From positions 1-59,687 of the forward strand of contig JAHJAU010000081.1 of NCBI GenBank assembly GCA_018813785.1: a stretch of 59,687 nt of DNA. The letters run 5' to 3'. This document shows, in pieces, positions 28,678 through 38,790 of the stretch (the stretch's first letter is position 1; every line of letters begins with the position of its first letter). Under the pieces are notes generated by a model. That model was not told where the DNA came from and ran no database searches. It was given only the letters and a program-made list of their open reading frames with translations. The position numbers and the translations under genes were made by a program. Source of the DNA: Patescibacteria group bacterium. GTDB lineage: Bacteria > Patescibacteriota > Patescibacteriia > SG8-24.

Positions 28678-30069
28678 ATGAAAAATCAACCCAAACTCAC
28701 CCCGACTATAGCCTTAGTTGGTCGAACGAACGTCGGAAAATCGACGCTTTTTAATCGTCTAATAGAAAAAAGAAAGGCAATAACCTCTTCGGTCGAGGGA
28801 ACAACACAAGATATAAACTTTGGACATTGTCATTGGCGCGACCAAGTTATAACAATCATCGATACGGCTGGGTTGGATTTAACCTCCAAGAAAGCGACCG
28901 ATGACAACATTAAACGTCAGGCTGACTTAGCAATGCATAAGGCTGATATTATAATCATGTTGGTTGATGTACATGAATGGCCTCTACCTCAAGACTTGGC
29001 GCTGGCTAAACGATTACAAAAATCTGATAAAAAAGTTCTACTGGTTGCCAATAAGGCTGATAATCCAAAGATGCGACAACGGGCGGCACGAAAAGAATGG
29101 TTACAGCTTGGTTTAGGTGAACCATCACCAGTGTCATCAATTAACGGTTCTGGTGTTGGAGATCTGTTGGATGATTTATTGCAGTACCTAAAAAAGGCCG
29201 GACTAACCAGTCGTCCGATACCAGAACCAGATGTTCGTGTGGCTATAATTGGTCGCCCCAATGTCGGCAAATCATCTCTATTGAATGCCCTGGCCGGCGA
29301 AGAGCGAGTTATTGTTAGTGAAGTGCCACACACCACGCGCGAACCGCAGGATACCATGCTTTCTTACACTGAGCCTGATGGCACTGAGCACAACATTTTG
29401 CTTATTGATACGGTTGGAATTCGGAAAAAGGCCAAGGTGAAGGGCGGCCTAGAACATATCGGTATTAGTTTGAGTGTTAACGAGATGGAGCGAGCAGATG
29501 TCGCTTTTCTAATGGTAGACGCTAGCATTGGTATCGATGCCCAGGAACGAAAACTGGCTGGCCTAATTGAGAGAAAAAACGTTGGAGTGCTCATCGTTGT
29601 AAATAAATGGGATTTAGCTGATGAACATAATTTGGGTAGTGGAGATGACTTTCGTAAATATGTCACCGCTGAATTACCATTCCTAAAATTTGCTCCGGTG
29701 GCATTTATCTCGGCTAAAACCGGAAACAGAGTCAATAAACTGTTGCAGTTTGCAATTAATATCGCTCAACAACGCAAGCGTGAATTAACACAAGACCAGC
29801 TGGATAATTTCGTCGAGATGCTAAAGAAAAAACATCATGCAATCATCGGTGGAGGTAGAAATAAGGAAAGCAATCGACCAAAGGTACACGGCATTAGACA
29901 GGTCGGGACTAAACCACCAACCTTCATGCTCATCGCTAATAAGCGTGAAAATGTTCATCCCAATTTTTTAAAATTTGTTGAGAATCGACTACGTGAAGAG
30001 TTTGATTTTGAGGGAACGCCAATCACGGTTGTCTCTCGCGAGATTCGAGCCAAGTCACGAAAAAAATAA
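28678..30069 (+). CDS. der: Ribosome-associated GTPase Der (EngA)
   Basis: Two tandem GTPase domains (VGRTNVGKSTLFN and IGRPNVGKSSLLN P-loops, DTAG and DTVG) plus a KH-like C-terminus. Confidence 0.95.
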   Translation: MKNQPKLTPTIALVGRTNVGKSTLFNRLIEKRKAITSSVEGTTQDINFGHCHWRDQVITIIDTAGLDLTSKKATDDNIKRQADLAMHKADIIIMLVDVHEWPLPQDLALAKRLQKSDKKVLLVANKADNPKMRQRAARKEWLQLGLGEPSPVSSINGSGVGDLLDDLLQYLKKAGLTSRPIPEPDVRVAIIGRPNVGKSSLLNALAGEERVIVSEVPHTTREPQDTMLSYTEPDGTEHNILLIDTVGIRKKAKVKGGLEHIGISLSVNEMERADVAFLMVDASIGIDAQERKLAGLIERKNVGVLIVVNKWDLADEHNLGSGDDFRKYVTAELPFLKFAPVAFISAKTGNRVNKLLQFAINIAQQRKRELTQDQLDNFVEMLKKKHHAIIGGGRNKESNRPKVHGIRQVGTKPPTFMLIANKRENVHPNFLKFVENRLREEFDFEGTPITVVSREIRAKSRKK

Positions 30070-30114
30070 AACTGCGACCAAAATACGCCATTACCAATTT
30101 GAATCGCTGGTTAT

Positions 30115-30681
30115 ATGAAACTAATCGTCGGTCTGGGTAACCCGGGAACCAAATATGAATCAACTCGTCACAATGTCGGTTTTCGTGTTGTGCGAGCCTG
30201 GCATGCAATGCACGCGCTGGACTTTGATGGTTGGAAAAATAAATTTCAAGGTTTGGTATCCGAGGGACGCATTGGCAATGAAAAAATTGCCCTACTGTTG
30301 CCACAAACATACATGAACGAGTCCGGTCGAGCCGTACGCGAGGCTGTCGACTTCTGGAAAATCGAGCCGACAGATATCATCTTGGTGTCAGATGACTTTT
30401 CCCTGCCGCTGGGCAAGCTGCGTTTACGACGAGAAGGTTCAGCTGGTGGACACAATGGACTAAAATCAATCTTTGTTCTGCTGGGCACAGAAGAAATTCC
30501 ACGTCTACGCCTCGGGATTGGTAATGAATTGCTGGAGCACCTGCCAGCTGAAAAATTTGTACTCGAACCATTTGCTGAAAATGAATTGGAGCCCTTAATT
30601 GCGACTCTGCGTAGCGCAGTTGAAGCCCTGAACATTATTTTGATGGAGGGTCTTGAGGAGGCAATGAATCGGTATAATTAA
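30115..30681 (+). CDS. pth: Peptidyl-tRNA hydrolase
   Basis: MKLIVGLGNPGTKYESTRHNVGF...GGHNGLKS signature. Confidence 0.95.
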   Translation: MKLIVGLGNPGTKYESTRHNVGFRVVRAWHAMHALDFDGWKNKFQGLVSEGRIGNEKIALLLPQTYMNESGRAVREAVDFWKIEPTDIILVSDDFSLPLGKLRLRREGSAGGHNGLKSIFVLLGTEEIPRLRLGIGNELLEHLPAEKFVLEPFAENELEPLIATLRSAVEALNIILMEGLEEAMNRYN

Positions 30682-30759
30682 TCTGGAACAACCCCGATAA
30701 AGGAGGCTGATTGCAACGAGAGTGATCGTCGTGACTCCACACCAATAACTCCAGTCAAT

Positions 30760-30787
30760 AAAAAACCCGAATCGTCGGGCTTTTTTA
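30760..30787 (+). terminator. Rho-independent terminator after pth
   Basis: A-run, CCCGA / TCGGG stem (30766-30779), then a T6 run. Confidence 0.6.
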
Positions 30788-30843
30788 ATTAAAAAAGATA
30801 ATTTGACAAATTTATACTATCTTGGTTACGGTTGGCCGCGCTT

Positions 30844-31722
30844 ATGACAGACATTCATAAAATTCAGCACACCGCCTCGACCTATCCACCACTACTCACC
30901 CAACTGAAAGATCGAAAAGACCGACCGGAACAGCTATATGTGCGTGGCAATCTGGACACCTTAACACAGCTACCGATGGTGGCAGTCGTTGGTACACGAA
31001 AAATCACACCGTATGGTCGAGCGGTCATAAAAAGAATGGTGCCAACCTGGGTACGACATGGCCTTACTATTGTGAGTGGTCTAGCACTCGGCACAGATGC
31101 ACTCGTACACGAAGAAACATTAAATGCTGGAGGGAAAACCGTAGCTGTTCTGGCTTCAGGGGTTGATGATCCTCATATCAGCCCACGAACAAATTTCTGC
31201 TTAGCTCAACGCTTGTTGTCTGAAAACGGAGTATTAGTTTCTGAATACTCACCTGGCACCACAGCAGATGCCTTTAGATTTCCGGAACGTAATCGAATTG
31301 TGGCTGGATTATCTCAGGTGGTAGTAGTAACCGAAGGCACCATGAAATCTGGCACACTAATTACGGCTAAGTGGGCCCTGGAATACGGCCGCGACGTCTT
31401 TGCTGTTCCCGGACCAATCACAACTGAAATCAGCAACGCTCCAAACTGGCTAATCTCTCAGGGTGCGCACCCCCTGCTTCAACCGGAAGATCTCCTTGAA
31501 TATCTGGAGATTGATACGCAAAAACAACCCCAAAAAAATAAACAACAACTTAGCCTAAATGCCGCACTAATTTACTCTAAATTAAAAACCGGCCCAGCAT
31601 CAGCTGACAATCTCATCATCAGCTCAAAACTTGACACCAAGACAGTTCTTGCGGCAATATCTGAACTCGAAATAAATGAGCTGATCTTTTGTTCGGGAGA
31701 CTTGTACACGACTAGGGTTTGA
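30844..31722 (+). CDS. dprA: DNA processing protein DprA (Smf)
   Basis: VAVVGTRKITPYG...SGLALGTDALVHE...VAVLASGVD...FPERNRIVAGLS Rossmann-like DprA core. I chose ATG 30844. An in-frame TTG at 30832 is the alternative. Confidence 0.9.
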   Translation: MTDIHKIQHTASTYPPLLTQLKDRKDRPEQLYVRGNLDTLTQLPMVAVVGTRKITPYGRAVIKRMVPTWVRHGLTIVSGLALGTDALVHEETLNAGGKTVAVLASGVDDPHISPRTNFCLAQRLLSENGVLVSEYSPGTTADAFRFPERNRIVAGLSQVVVVTEGTMKSGTLITAKWALEYGRDVFAVPGPITTEISNAPNWLISQGAHPLLQPEDLLEYLEIDTQKQPQKNKQQLSLNAALIYSKLKTGPASADNLIISSKLDTKTVLAAISELEINELIFCSGDLYTTRV

Positions 31723-31803
31723 CGAGTAAACAATCGACCGCTAACCTATTTAACATATATATAATAAAGAAGCTGATACCCATACTCTTTGTGCCACTCT
31801 ATT

Positions 31804-34047
31804 ATGAAAAAAATTGTAATCGTTGAATCACCGACCAAGGCCAAAACTATCTCTAAATTTCTTGGACGAGGCTATAAAGTACTCTCGTCCTTTGGCCATG
31901 TCCGTGATCTGCCAAAAAATGATTTGGGTGTTGATGTAGAAAACGATTTCTCTCCGCGCTATGTTATTCCGACAAAATCGCGCAAGGTTGCTTCTGAATT
32001 AAAAAAAGCGGTCAAAAACGTAGATATGGTTTATTTGGCTACTGATGAAGACCGTGAGGGGGAAGCTATTTCTTGGCACTTAGATCAATTGTTTGGGCTA
32101 GCGCCGGACAAAGTACGTCGTATTAGCTTCCATGAAATTACTGCTACCGCAATTAAGCAGGCTCTCGAAAACCCCCGTGATATAAATAATCATCTGGTCG
32201 ATGCACAGCAGGCACGTCGAGTTTTGGATCGGCTGGTTGGCTATAAGCTGTCCCCCTTTCTCTGGCGCAAGGTTGCACGTGGTTTATCAGCTGGGCGTGT
32301 TCAATCAGTAGTTGTGCGGTTAATTGTTGAGCGCGAACGCGAAATTGAGAGTTTTAAGCCACAGGAATATTGGACGGTTGAAGCCCTGCTCAAAAAAACA
32401 GAAAATGAAGAACAATTCCTGACCAAGCTTCACCTAAAAAATGGTGAAACGCTCGATAAATTTTTTCTAGCTGATGAACCAGCAGCTCAGACCGTTGTAT
32501 CGGATGTAAAAGAAGCGACCTGGAAAGTTTCTAAAATCGAACGAAAAACGGTGCATAAAAAACCACATCCTCCTTTCACTACCTCAACCCTGCAACAAGA
32601 AGCTAATAATCGTCTCGGTTTTTCCTCAAAACAAACCATGACTTTGGCCCAGCAGTTGTATGAAGGTGTAGAGATAGGTACACATGGACAGACTGGTCTC
32701 ATCACCTATATGAGAACTGATTCGGTTAATATCTCAGAAAAATTTATTGAGGAAGCACGACAGTGGCTTAAAGAAAATTTTAGTCAGGAGATATTGCCGA
32801 ATGTGGTCAGAAAATATCAAACTAAAGCTAAGGGTGCGCAGGAGGCTCACGAAGCAATTCGTCCAACTGACGTAAGTTTACAGCCTAAAATCACTGCAAA
32901 ATATCTTGATTCCCGGCAACAAAAACTTTATGAATTGATTTGGCGCCGAGCTGTAGCCTCACAGATGATTGATGCAGAAGTGAACACAGTAACCGTCGAT
33001 TCGGAAACTCAGGCTGACGGTAAACCAACCTACACGTTTAGAGCCACTGGCACCACCTTAGTAAAAAAGGGGTTCCTGGAGATTTATCAATCGGAAACTA
33101 AGGAAAACCTGTTGCCGGAGCTAAATGTTGATGAAATGTTAGAAGCTCTGTCAATTAATCCCGAACAACACTTTACCGAACCCCCACCTCGTTATACTGA
33201 GGCCACCTTAGTTAAAACACTGGAAGAAAATGGTATTGGTCGCCCCTCAACTTATGCGCCAACTATCGGTACAGTGGTAGATCGTGGCTATGTAGAAAAA
33301 GATGGTCGAAAACTAAAACCAACCGACTTAGCTAAACTGGTGAACGATCTGCTAATTCAACATTTTCCAAATATCGTTGACTTTGGATTTACAGCTAAAA
33401 TGGAAGAAGATTTAGATGATGTTGCTGCTGGTCAAAAAGATTGGGTACCGGTTATCCGAGATTTTTATGTGCCATTTGCTGAAAATCTAAGTGCCAAAGA
33501 AAAAGAGGTTAACAAAAAAGATGTAGCCGAAGAAAAAACGGATGAAATCTGCGAAAAGTGTAGCTCGCCAATGGTAATCAAAATCGGTCGTTTTGGAAAA
33601 TTTTTAGCCTGCACTGGATTTCCGGATTGCCGCAATACTAAAACCCTGACAGCTGATGGGGCTGAAGTCGTAAAAGGAGAAGCGGAGGGCACGGATGAAA
33701 AATGTGAAAATTGCGGATCATCAATGATAATTAAACGCGGACGCTTTGGTCCATTCTTAAGTTGTTCTGATTACCCAAATTGTAAAACGGTTAAATCAAT
33801 TCAAAAAAAGGTTGGGGTTAAATGTCCGGGCTGTGGTCAGGGAGAGATAATAGAAAAAAAGACCCGCAAAGGTAAAATGTTTTTCGCCTGTTCACGCTAT
33901 CCAAAATGTGATTTTGCTCTCTGGAATCGACCGACTGGTGAAAATTGTCCGACCTGCGGCGCCTTATTGATCCTGGCCAAAGCTAATACAGCACGCTGCT
34001 CCAATCAAGAATGTAAATTTGAACGAACGATAGATAAAGAAGATTAA
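31804..34047 (+). CDS. topA: DNA topoisomerase I
   Basis: It has the TOPRIM N-terminus (KIVIVESPTKAKTI, LATDEDREGEAI), the catalytic region (GLITYMRTDS), and four C-terminal Cys4 zinc ribbons. I chose ATG 31804 (MKKIVIVESP). The ORF is open to TTG 31789. Confidence 0.95.
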   Translation: MKKIVIVESPTKAKTISKFLGRGYKVLSSFGHVRDLPKNDLGVDVENDFSPRYVIPTKSRKVASELKKAVKNVDMVYLATDEDREGEAISWHLDQLFGLAPDKVRRISFHEITATAIKQALENPRDINNHLVDAQQARRVLDRLVGYKLSPFLWRKVARGLSAGRVQSVVVRLIVEREREIESFKPQEYWTVEALLKKTENEEQFLTKLHLKNGETLDKFFLADEPAAQTVVSDVKEATWKVSKIERKTVHKKPHPPFTTSTLQQEANNRLGFSSKQTMTLAQQLYEGVEIGTHGQTGLITYMRTDSVNISEKFIEEARQWLKENFSQEILPNVVRKYQTKAKGAQEAHEAIRPTDVSLQPKITAKYLDSRQQKLYELIWRRAVASQMIDAEVNTVTVDSETQADGKPTYTFRATGTTLVKKGFLEIYQSETKENLLPELNVDEMLEALSINPEQHFTEPPPRYTEATLVKTLEENGIGRPSTYAPTIGTVVDRGYVEKDGRKLKPTDLAKLVNDLLIQHFPNIVDFGFTAKMEEDLDDVAAGQKDWVPVIRDFYVPFAENLSAKEKEVNKKDVAEEKTDEICEKCSSPMVIKIGRFGKFLACTGFPDCRNTKTLTADGAEVVKGEAEGTDEKCENCGSSMIIKRGRFGPFLSCSDYPNCKTVKSIQKKVGVKCPGCGQGEIIEKKTRKGKMFFACSRYPKCDFALWNRPTGENCPTCGALLILAKANTARCSNQECKFERTIDKED

Positions 34048-34059
34048 TAGAAATTATTT

Positions 34060-34089
34060 AAAGGACGAATCGCGAGGTTCGTCCTTTTG
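34060..34089 (+). terminator. Rho-independent terminator after topA
   Basis: 8-bp stem AGGACGAA (34062-34069) / TTCGTCCT (34078-34085), then a T-run. Confidence 0.8.
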
Positions 34090-34209
34090 ATTATGCAGGC
34101 GCTAATCCGGACGCAATACGCTTAAACTACTGTTTCCAACCCAGATAATTTATCGAGTGATGAAGACTAAACGAAACTTAGTAGCCAATCTTTACAGCGA
34201 AGAGGTAAG

Positions 34210-35733
34210 ATGGTAATGTTGTTGGTTGAAAGTATGCAATCTATTAGTGTCGACAACTTAATCAAAAAAGTACTGACTTATCAGCCGGGTGCAGATGTAG
34301 ATATGATACGTCTGGCTTTTGAGTTCGCCCGCGATGCACATGAGGGGCAAGTGCGAAAATCAGGAGAACCCTATATCAACCATCCCTTAGCCACAGCCGA
34401 ACTATTGGCTGACATGAAAGTACCAACATCGATCATCGTTGCCGCACTATTACACGATGTACCTGAAGATACCATCGTGACAGTTGAAGATATCAGAAAA
34501 AATTTTGGTGATGATATCGCCTCAATAGTCGCCGGCATCACCAAACTCGGAAAAATAAAATATCGTGGAATTGATCGATATGTCGAGAATCTTAGAAAAA
34601 TGTTTATCGCTATGGCTTCGGACCTGAGAGTTATTCTAATCAAATTTGCGGATCGTATTCATAATTTGAGCACACTAAACGCTCTACCGCCTCATAAACG
34701 ATTACGCGTTGCCTTGGAATCAATGCAAATCTATGCGCCCATCGCTAACCGCCTGGGAGTGAATGAAATGCGGGCTCAGCTGGAAGATCTGGCTTTCGCC
34801 CATGTTATGCCCAAAGAGTATGAATGGGTTACCGGGCTGATGGAGCAAGCCATCCGGGTCAAAAAAACCTATGTAGATCGAGTGCGCAATATCATTGAGC
34901 AGGAAATAAAGGCCAATGATATTGAGGTGCTTGATATCCACGGGCGCGTGAAACATAAATATAGCTTGTACAAAAAATTACTCAAATACGAGCGCGATAT
35001 GGTACAAATCCACGATCTGGTCGCTCTGCGAATTATTGTGCCTAAAATAAGTGATTGTTATGCGGTACTGGGTATTATTCACCAAAAATGGAAGCCATTA
35101 AAAGGCCGCATCAAAGACTACATCGCTCAACCCAAACCAAACGGTTACCAATCCTTGCATACCACAGTTTTTTGCGAAGAGGGTGAAATTGTAGAATTTC
35201 AAATCAGAACTGAACAAATGCACGACGAGGCCGAGCTAGGCATCGCCGCTCACTGGCAATACGATGAAGATGGAAAAACCGCCTCCCCCAAGGTTCGCAA
35301 ACAAATGGCTTGGGTAAAAGATCTGGCAGAGCGACAAAAATTTCTAAAAAGCGGTCCCGAATTCATGGAATCATTGGAGTCAATTAAAATTGATGTTTTT
35401 CAAAATCGTATTTTTGTCTTTACGCCAGAGGGTGATGTTATTGATTTGCCAGAGGATGCTACACCGGTTGATTTTGCCTACGCCATTCATTCACAAATTG
35501 GTAATACTTGTGTCGGTGCCAGGATAAACGATCATATCGTTAGTCTTGATACGAAATTATGTTCGGGTGATTGTTGTGAAATTATCGTTGATAAAAACCG
35601 GACAGGTCCTAATCCAGACTGGTTATCTTTTGTTAAAACTTCCACTGCTAAATATCACATAAAAAGTCGAGCTAAATCACGACTAACCAGATGGATAAGA
35701 AATATCAATCTGGAATCTGGAAAGGATAATTAA
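34210..35733 (+). CDS. rel: RelA/SpoT-family (p)ppGpp synthetase/hydrolase, short form (HD + synthetase + TGS, no ACT)
   Basis: It has an HD domain (HPLATA...LLHDVPEDT), a RelA_SpoT synthetase region (YKSLHT-like GYQSLHTTV...EFQIRT), and TGS (VFTPEGDVIDLPEDATPVDFAYAIHSQIG). At 507 aa it ends soon after TGS. GAGG lies 6-9 nt before the ATG. Confidence 0.9.
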   Translation: MVMLLVESMQSISVDNLIKKVLTYQPGADVDMIRLAFEFARDAHEGQVRKSGEPYINHPLATAELLADMKVPTSIIVAALLHDVPEDTIVTVEDIRKNFGDDIASIVAGITKLGKIKYRGIDRYVENLRKMFIAMASDLRVILIKFADRIHNLSTLNALPPHKRLRVALESMQIYAPIANRLGVNEMRAQLEDLAFAHVMPKEYEWVTGLMEQAIRVKKTYVDRVRNIIEQEIKANDIEVLDIHGRVKHKYSLYKKLLKYERDMVQIHDLVALRIIVPKISDCYAVLGIIHQKWKPLKGRIKDYIAQPKPNGYQSLHTTVFCEEGEIVEFQIRTEQMHDEAELGIAAHWQYDEDGKTASPKVRKQMAWVKDLAERQKFLKSGPEFMESLESIKIDVFQNRIFVFTPEGDVIDLPEDATPVDFAYAIHSQIGNTCVGARINDHIVSLDTKLCSGDCCEIIVDKNRTGPNPDWLSFVKTSTAKYHIKSRAKSRLTRWIRNINLESGKDN

Positions 35734-35759
35734 ACCCCGGTTCACCAGAACCGGGGTTT
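35732..35759. terminator. Bidirectional hairpin between convergent rel and parB
   Basis: 12-bp perfect stem AAACCCCGGTTC / GAACCGGGGTTT with a 4-nt loop. Flanking T/A runs are weak. Confidence 0.6.
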
Positions 35760-35780
35760 AATCCATCCACTAAATAAACT

Positions 35781-36695
35781 TCAACTAAGTAATTTTTGTA
35801 AAAGGGAATTGTATTCCTCCTCGGAAAAAAAATGTAATACTATTTTGCCTTTACCTTTACGATTCGTAACTGAAACCTTCGTGCCATAAGCACTGCGCAA
35901 ATTTTCTTCGGCTGCCAACATCTCAGAACTCTTTTTAAGTCTGGTTGAGGTTTTTTGTACGCTAGCTTCGGCCTCTCTAACAGTCACGCCGCCTGCTAAC
36001 ATCTTACGAAACATCTTTGCCTGAACTTTTGGTTCGGTAATAGCCAACAATGCTCGCGCATTACCAGCACTGACGACCCCAGTTGCTACGGCATCAAGCA
36101 TATCAGATGGTAAATCCAATAAACGCATGGTATTAGCCACCGTGGAGCGGGCTTTACCAACCTGTTTTGAGATGTTTTCCTGAGTTAAGCCAAATTCCTC
36201 TGTTAATCGCCGATAGGCTCGAGCTTCTTCTACGGGGTTTAAATCTTCACGCTGAATATTCTCAATTAATGCTAAAACAAATTTTTCAATATCCTTTTCT
36301 ACTGGTCGAATTATGGCTGGAACGGATTTCAGGCCTGCCAGTCGAGCTGCTCGTAAACGTCGCTCCCCTGCTATAACTTCGTAACCTCCATCCGGCCTAG
36401 GCGCAAGTGCTAGAGGCTGAAGAATTCCATGTTGGCGGATCGATTCAGTTAACTCCTCCATGCCCTGATGACCGAAAATTGTCCGAGGTTGACTGGGGTT
36501 AGTTTGAATCAAAGATAGATTGATTTCTGCTACACCTGACCCGGACTGTCGGACAGTCTCACTACGACTACTTCGAGTCATTAAACCACTCCCAGTTTGC
36601 GGTACATCGACTGTGGCGGTTTTAGCACCCGCCTGCGGAATCAAGGCACCCAAACCGCGCCCGAGTCCTGATTTTTTCTTAGCCATCATACTCAA
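35781..36695 (-). CDS. parB: Chromosome partitioning protein ParB/Spo0J
   Basis: GLGRGLGALIP, the ParB box IAGERRLRAA, and an HTH (LTQENISKQVGKARSTVANTMRLL). Confidence 0.93.
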   Translation of the reverse strand: MSMMAKKKSGLGRGLGALIPQAGAKTATVDVPQTGSGLMTRSSRSETVRQSGSGVAEINLSLIQTNPSQPRTIFGHQGMEELTESIRQHGILQPLALAPRPDGGYEVIAGERRLRAARLAGLKSVPAIIRPVEKDIEKFVLALIENIQREDLNPVEEARAYRRLTEEFGLTQENISKQVGKARSTVANTMRLLDLPSDMLDAVATGVVSAGNARALLAITEPKVQAKMFRKMLAGGVTVREAEASVQKTSTRLKKSSEMLAAEENLRSAYGTKVSVTNRKGKGKIVLHFFSEEEYNSLLQKLLS

Positions 36696-37462
36696 TACGA
36701 ATGCTCAAGATCTATTATTTCTTTGGTCAAACGCTCATATGCTTTGGCGCCCTTAGACCATGGATCGTACTCCATAATTGGCCGGCCAAAACTTGGTGCC
36801 TCGGCCAATCGCACATTTCGAGGAATAACCGAACGAAAAACACGATTGGGGAAATGAGTGTGTAATTCTTCTACTACGTCGTTAGCCAATCGATTTCGTC
36901 CATCATACATAGTTACCACCGCACCTAAAACTTCTAAATCCGGGTTTAAAACTTCTTTGACCATGCCAATCGTCCGTAACAGCTGACTCAAACCCTCTAA
37001 TGCATAATATTCAGCCTGTACTGGAATGATTAATTTATCTACGGCAGTTAGACCATTGATGGTCAACAAACCAAGTGACGGAGGACAATCTACCAAAATA
37101 TAATCATAATCATTCCTGACTTCCAGTAGTAGGTTGGCCAGACGGTGTTCACGTTGTTCCAAATCTTTCAGTTCGATTGCTGCCCCAGCCAGCGAAGGTG
37201 TCGAGGGGGCCAATTTCAATCCTTCGATCTGAGTTGAAACCGTAGCTTCTCGCAGTGTGCTTTCACCGATTAGTGCCTCATAGGTGCCGCACTCAATCTG
37301 ACTCGGATCCAGTCCTAACCCGGAAGTGGCATTTGATTGTGGATCCAGATCAACTAATAAAACAAACTTACCGTGGGCAGCCAAATAAGCACCCAGGTTG
37401 ATTGCTGTGGTGGTTTTACCCACCCCTCCCTTCTGATTAACTACGGCTAAGATATAAGCCAT
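36692..37462 (-). CDS. parA: Chromosome partitioning ATPase ParA/Soj
   Basis: MAYILAVVNQKGGVGKTTT deviant Walker A. I chose the start at 37462. The ORF-track extension to 37582 is Cys/Arg-rich and runs over the tRNA-Leu promoter and gene. There is a 4-nt ATGA overlap with parB. Confidence 0.9.
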   Translation of the reverse strand: MAYILAVVNQKGGVGKTTTAINLGAYLAAHGKFVLLVDLDPQSNATSGLGLDPSQIECGTYEALIGESTLREATVSTQIEGLKLAPSTPSLAGAAIELKDLEQREHRLANLLLEVRNDYDYILVDCPPSLGLLTINGLTAVDKLIIPVQAEYYALEGLSQLLRTIGMVKEVLNPDLEVLGAVVTMYDGRNRLANDVVEELHTHFPNRVFRSVIPRNVRLAEAPSFGRPIMEYDPWSKGAKAYERLTKEIIDLEHSY

Positions 37463-37494
37463 AACAGCATGTACTTTACAACATCGATCAACCT

Positions 37495-37523
37495 TTGACA
37501 ATACGATTTCTGAAGTATAGTAT
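37495..37523 (+). promoter_or_regulatory. Sigma-70-like promoter for tRNA-Leu
   Basis: TTGACA (37495-37500), 17-nt spacer, TAGTAT (37518-37523), about 30 nt upstream of the tRNA 5' end. Confidence 0.5.
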
Positions 37524-37552
37524 AAGCCAGTAACCACTGGTCTTTGGCTCCA

Positions 37553-37639
37553 GCCGCGGTGGCGGAACTGGCAGACGCACACGACTCAAAATCGTGCGGG
37601 AGTAATCCCATGAGGGTTCGATTCCCTCCCGCGGCACCA
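37553..37639 (+). tRNA. tRNA-Leu (anticodon CAA)
   Basis: 87 nt with a long variable arm. It has a GCCGCGG/CCGCGGC acceptor, CACGA-CTCAAAA-TCGTG anticodon arm, GAGGG-TTCGATT-CCCTC T arm, and encoded CCA. Confidence 0.92.
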
Positions 37640-37680
37640 AATCCGGCAGCCCCACAAAGTGAGACTGCCGGATTTATTAT
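37640..37680 (+). terminator. Hairpin terminator after tRNA-Leu
   Basis: 10-bp stem AATCCGGCAG (37640-37649) / CTGCCGGATT (37665-37674), followed by TTATTATT. Confidence 0.65.
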
Positions 37681-37741
37681 TAAATATTTTTCAGACTCGA
37701 TGGAGCAATTTGCTTATTCCCTCCTTAAATCAGGAAACAGA

Positions 37742-38236
37742 TCAGAGAATCAATTTCAATAAAACCACTATCACTACAGCCTGGATCAAATAACCGTATT
37801 TCAACGGAACATCTCCTCGAAAAAATTTCTTTATTAAGAACACGTGATTTCTCATGTGCCAATCATGAAACTTGGTCAGCTGACGACCGGACCAACGAGT
37901 TCCTTTGGGTTGGGTGAGCTCGAATAGAGCGACCAGTAAGTCTGGCAATAAACCACCGACAATGCCAGCAGCCACTGCTATTTCTGCTGAAATCATGTGC
38001 CCTAAAGAGAAAATGATTGTGAGCATGATGACAACCATCAAAGCATCGAGGCTGGTGTGTATTATTGCTTTTCTAATTCCCCTTCTCTTTTTATAACCTT
38101 CATAAACTACCAGGTCACCATGCGGGATCATGTCGAGTAAAAAATGCAAAAGAAAACTCAAAGAAAAGGCGGCAGCCGGACTACCAACAGCGTTGCCCAC
38201 GAGAGCTCCAACCGAAGCATGAATAACTAAAAACAT
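37742..38236 (-). CDS. Integral membrane protein, possibly a DUF457/YdjM-like metal-dependent hydrolase
   Basis: 164 aa with 4-5 TM segments. His/Asp-rich loop motifs (HASVG, HFLLDMIPHGD, FHDWHMRNH) are present. The family assignment is tentative. Confidence 0.6.
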   Translation of the reverse strand: MFLVIHASVGALVGNAVGSPAAAFSLSFLLHFLLDMIPHGDLVVYEGYKKRRGIRKAIIHTSLDALMVVIMLTIIFSLGHMISAEIAVAAGIVGGLLPDLLVALFELTQPKGTRWSGRQLTKFHDWHMRNHVFLIKKFFRGDVPLKYGYLIQAVVIVVLLKLIL

Positions 38237-38450
38237 AAGTAAGATTACTACTAGGCACTAGATTACCAGATACACCTCATATAGCCAATTATCGATCGGT
38301 CTAACTTAAAGTTAGACCAGTCACATCCGTCTTCTAAGTCGCGCTCATTAGCTCCCATCTAACACAATTTATCCCAGTGTCTTGATAATTTTAACCTGCT
38401 GTGTTAAGGTATAGTGTGATAGAAGGAAATATCGAATTTTTGGCTAAAAT

Positions 38451-38708
38451 ATGCGAAAAAAGAAGCACAATAGTGACGAAATTCGATTCTGCCAGTCGCG
38501 GCTGCACAAGTGTCTCTACGAATTCAAAAACGGTGAGACATGTTATTTGGTTGCTGTTGAGTGGGATGGCGGACGCCCTCTGCGCATGGTGGTTTGCGGT
38601 GATTGCGCTCAAGCTGGTTTTGGAACATTGATTAAAGAAATTGTCATCGACAACCCGCGAATGCCCACGGCCAGTACGCAAGAGAGTTCAGCTACATCCA
38701 TGGTTTAA
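38451..38708 (+). CDS. Hypothetical small Cys-containing protein
   Basis: 85 aa with an ATG start and several Cys, including CGDC. It competes with overlapping ORFs 38401-38631(+) and 38391-38681(-). There is no SD and I recognise no family. Confidence 0.3.
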   Translation: MRKKKHNSDEIRFCQSRLHKCLYEFKNGETCYLVAVEWDGGRPLRMVVCGDCAQAGFGTLIKEIVIDNPRMPTASTQESSATSMV

Positions 38709-38740
38709 TCCATGGATCATGACTCTTTAGGTTGTTTTGC

Positions 38741-38770
38741 TTGCCTCCGCTTCGCGGGTTTTGATATCAT
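38741..38770 (+). promoter_or_regulatory. Candidate extended -10 promoter for the CAT tRNA
   Basis: TTGCCT (38741-38746), 18-nt spacer, TGaTATCAT (38762-38770), about 20 nt upstream of the tRNA 5' end. Confidence 0.4.
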
Positions 38771-38790
38771 AGCGAAAGATGTTTAAGCAA

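Noticed and set aside
37463-37762. N-terminal 40-codon extension of the ParA ORF (to 37582) and plus-strand ORF 37544-37762
   Set aside because: Both overlap the well-formed tRNA-Leu gene and its promoter and terminator. The ParA extension is Cys/Arg-rich and precedes the canonical MAYILAVVNQKGGVGKTT start. The plus-strand ORF is simply the tRNA plus the terminator translated.
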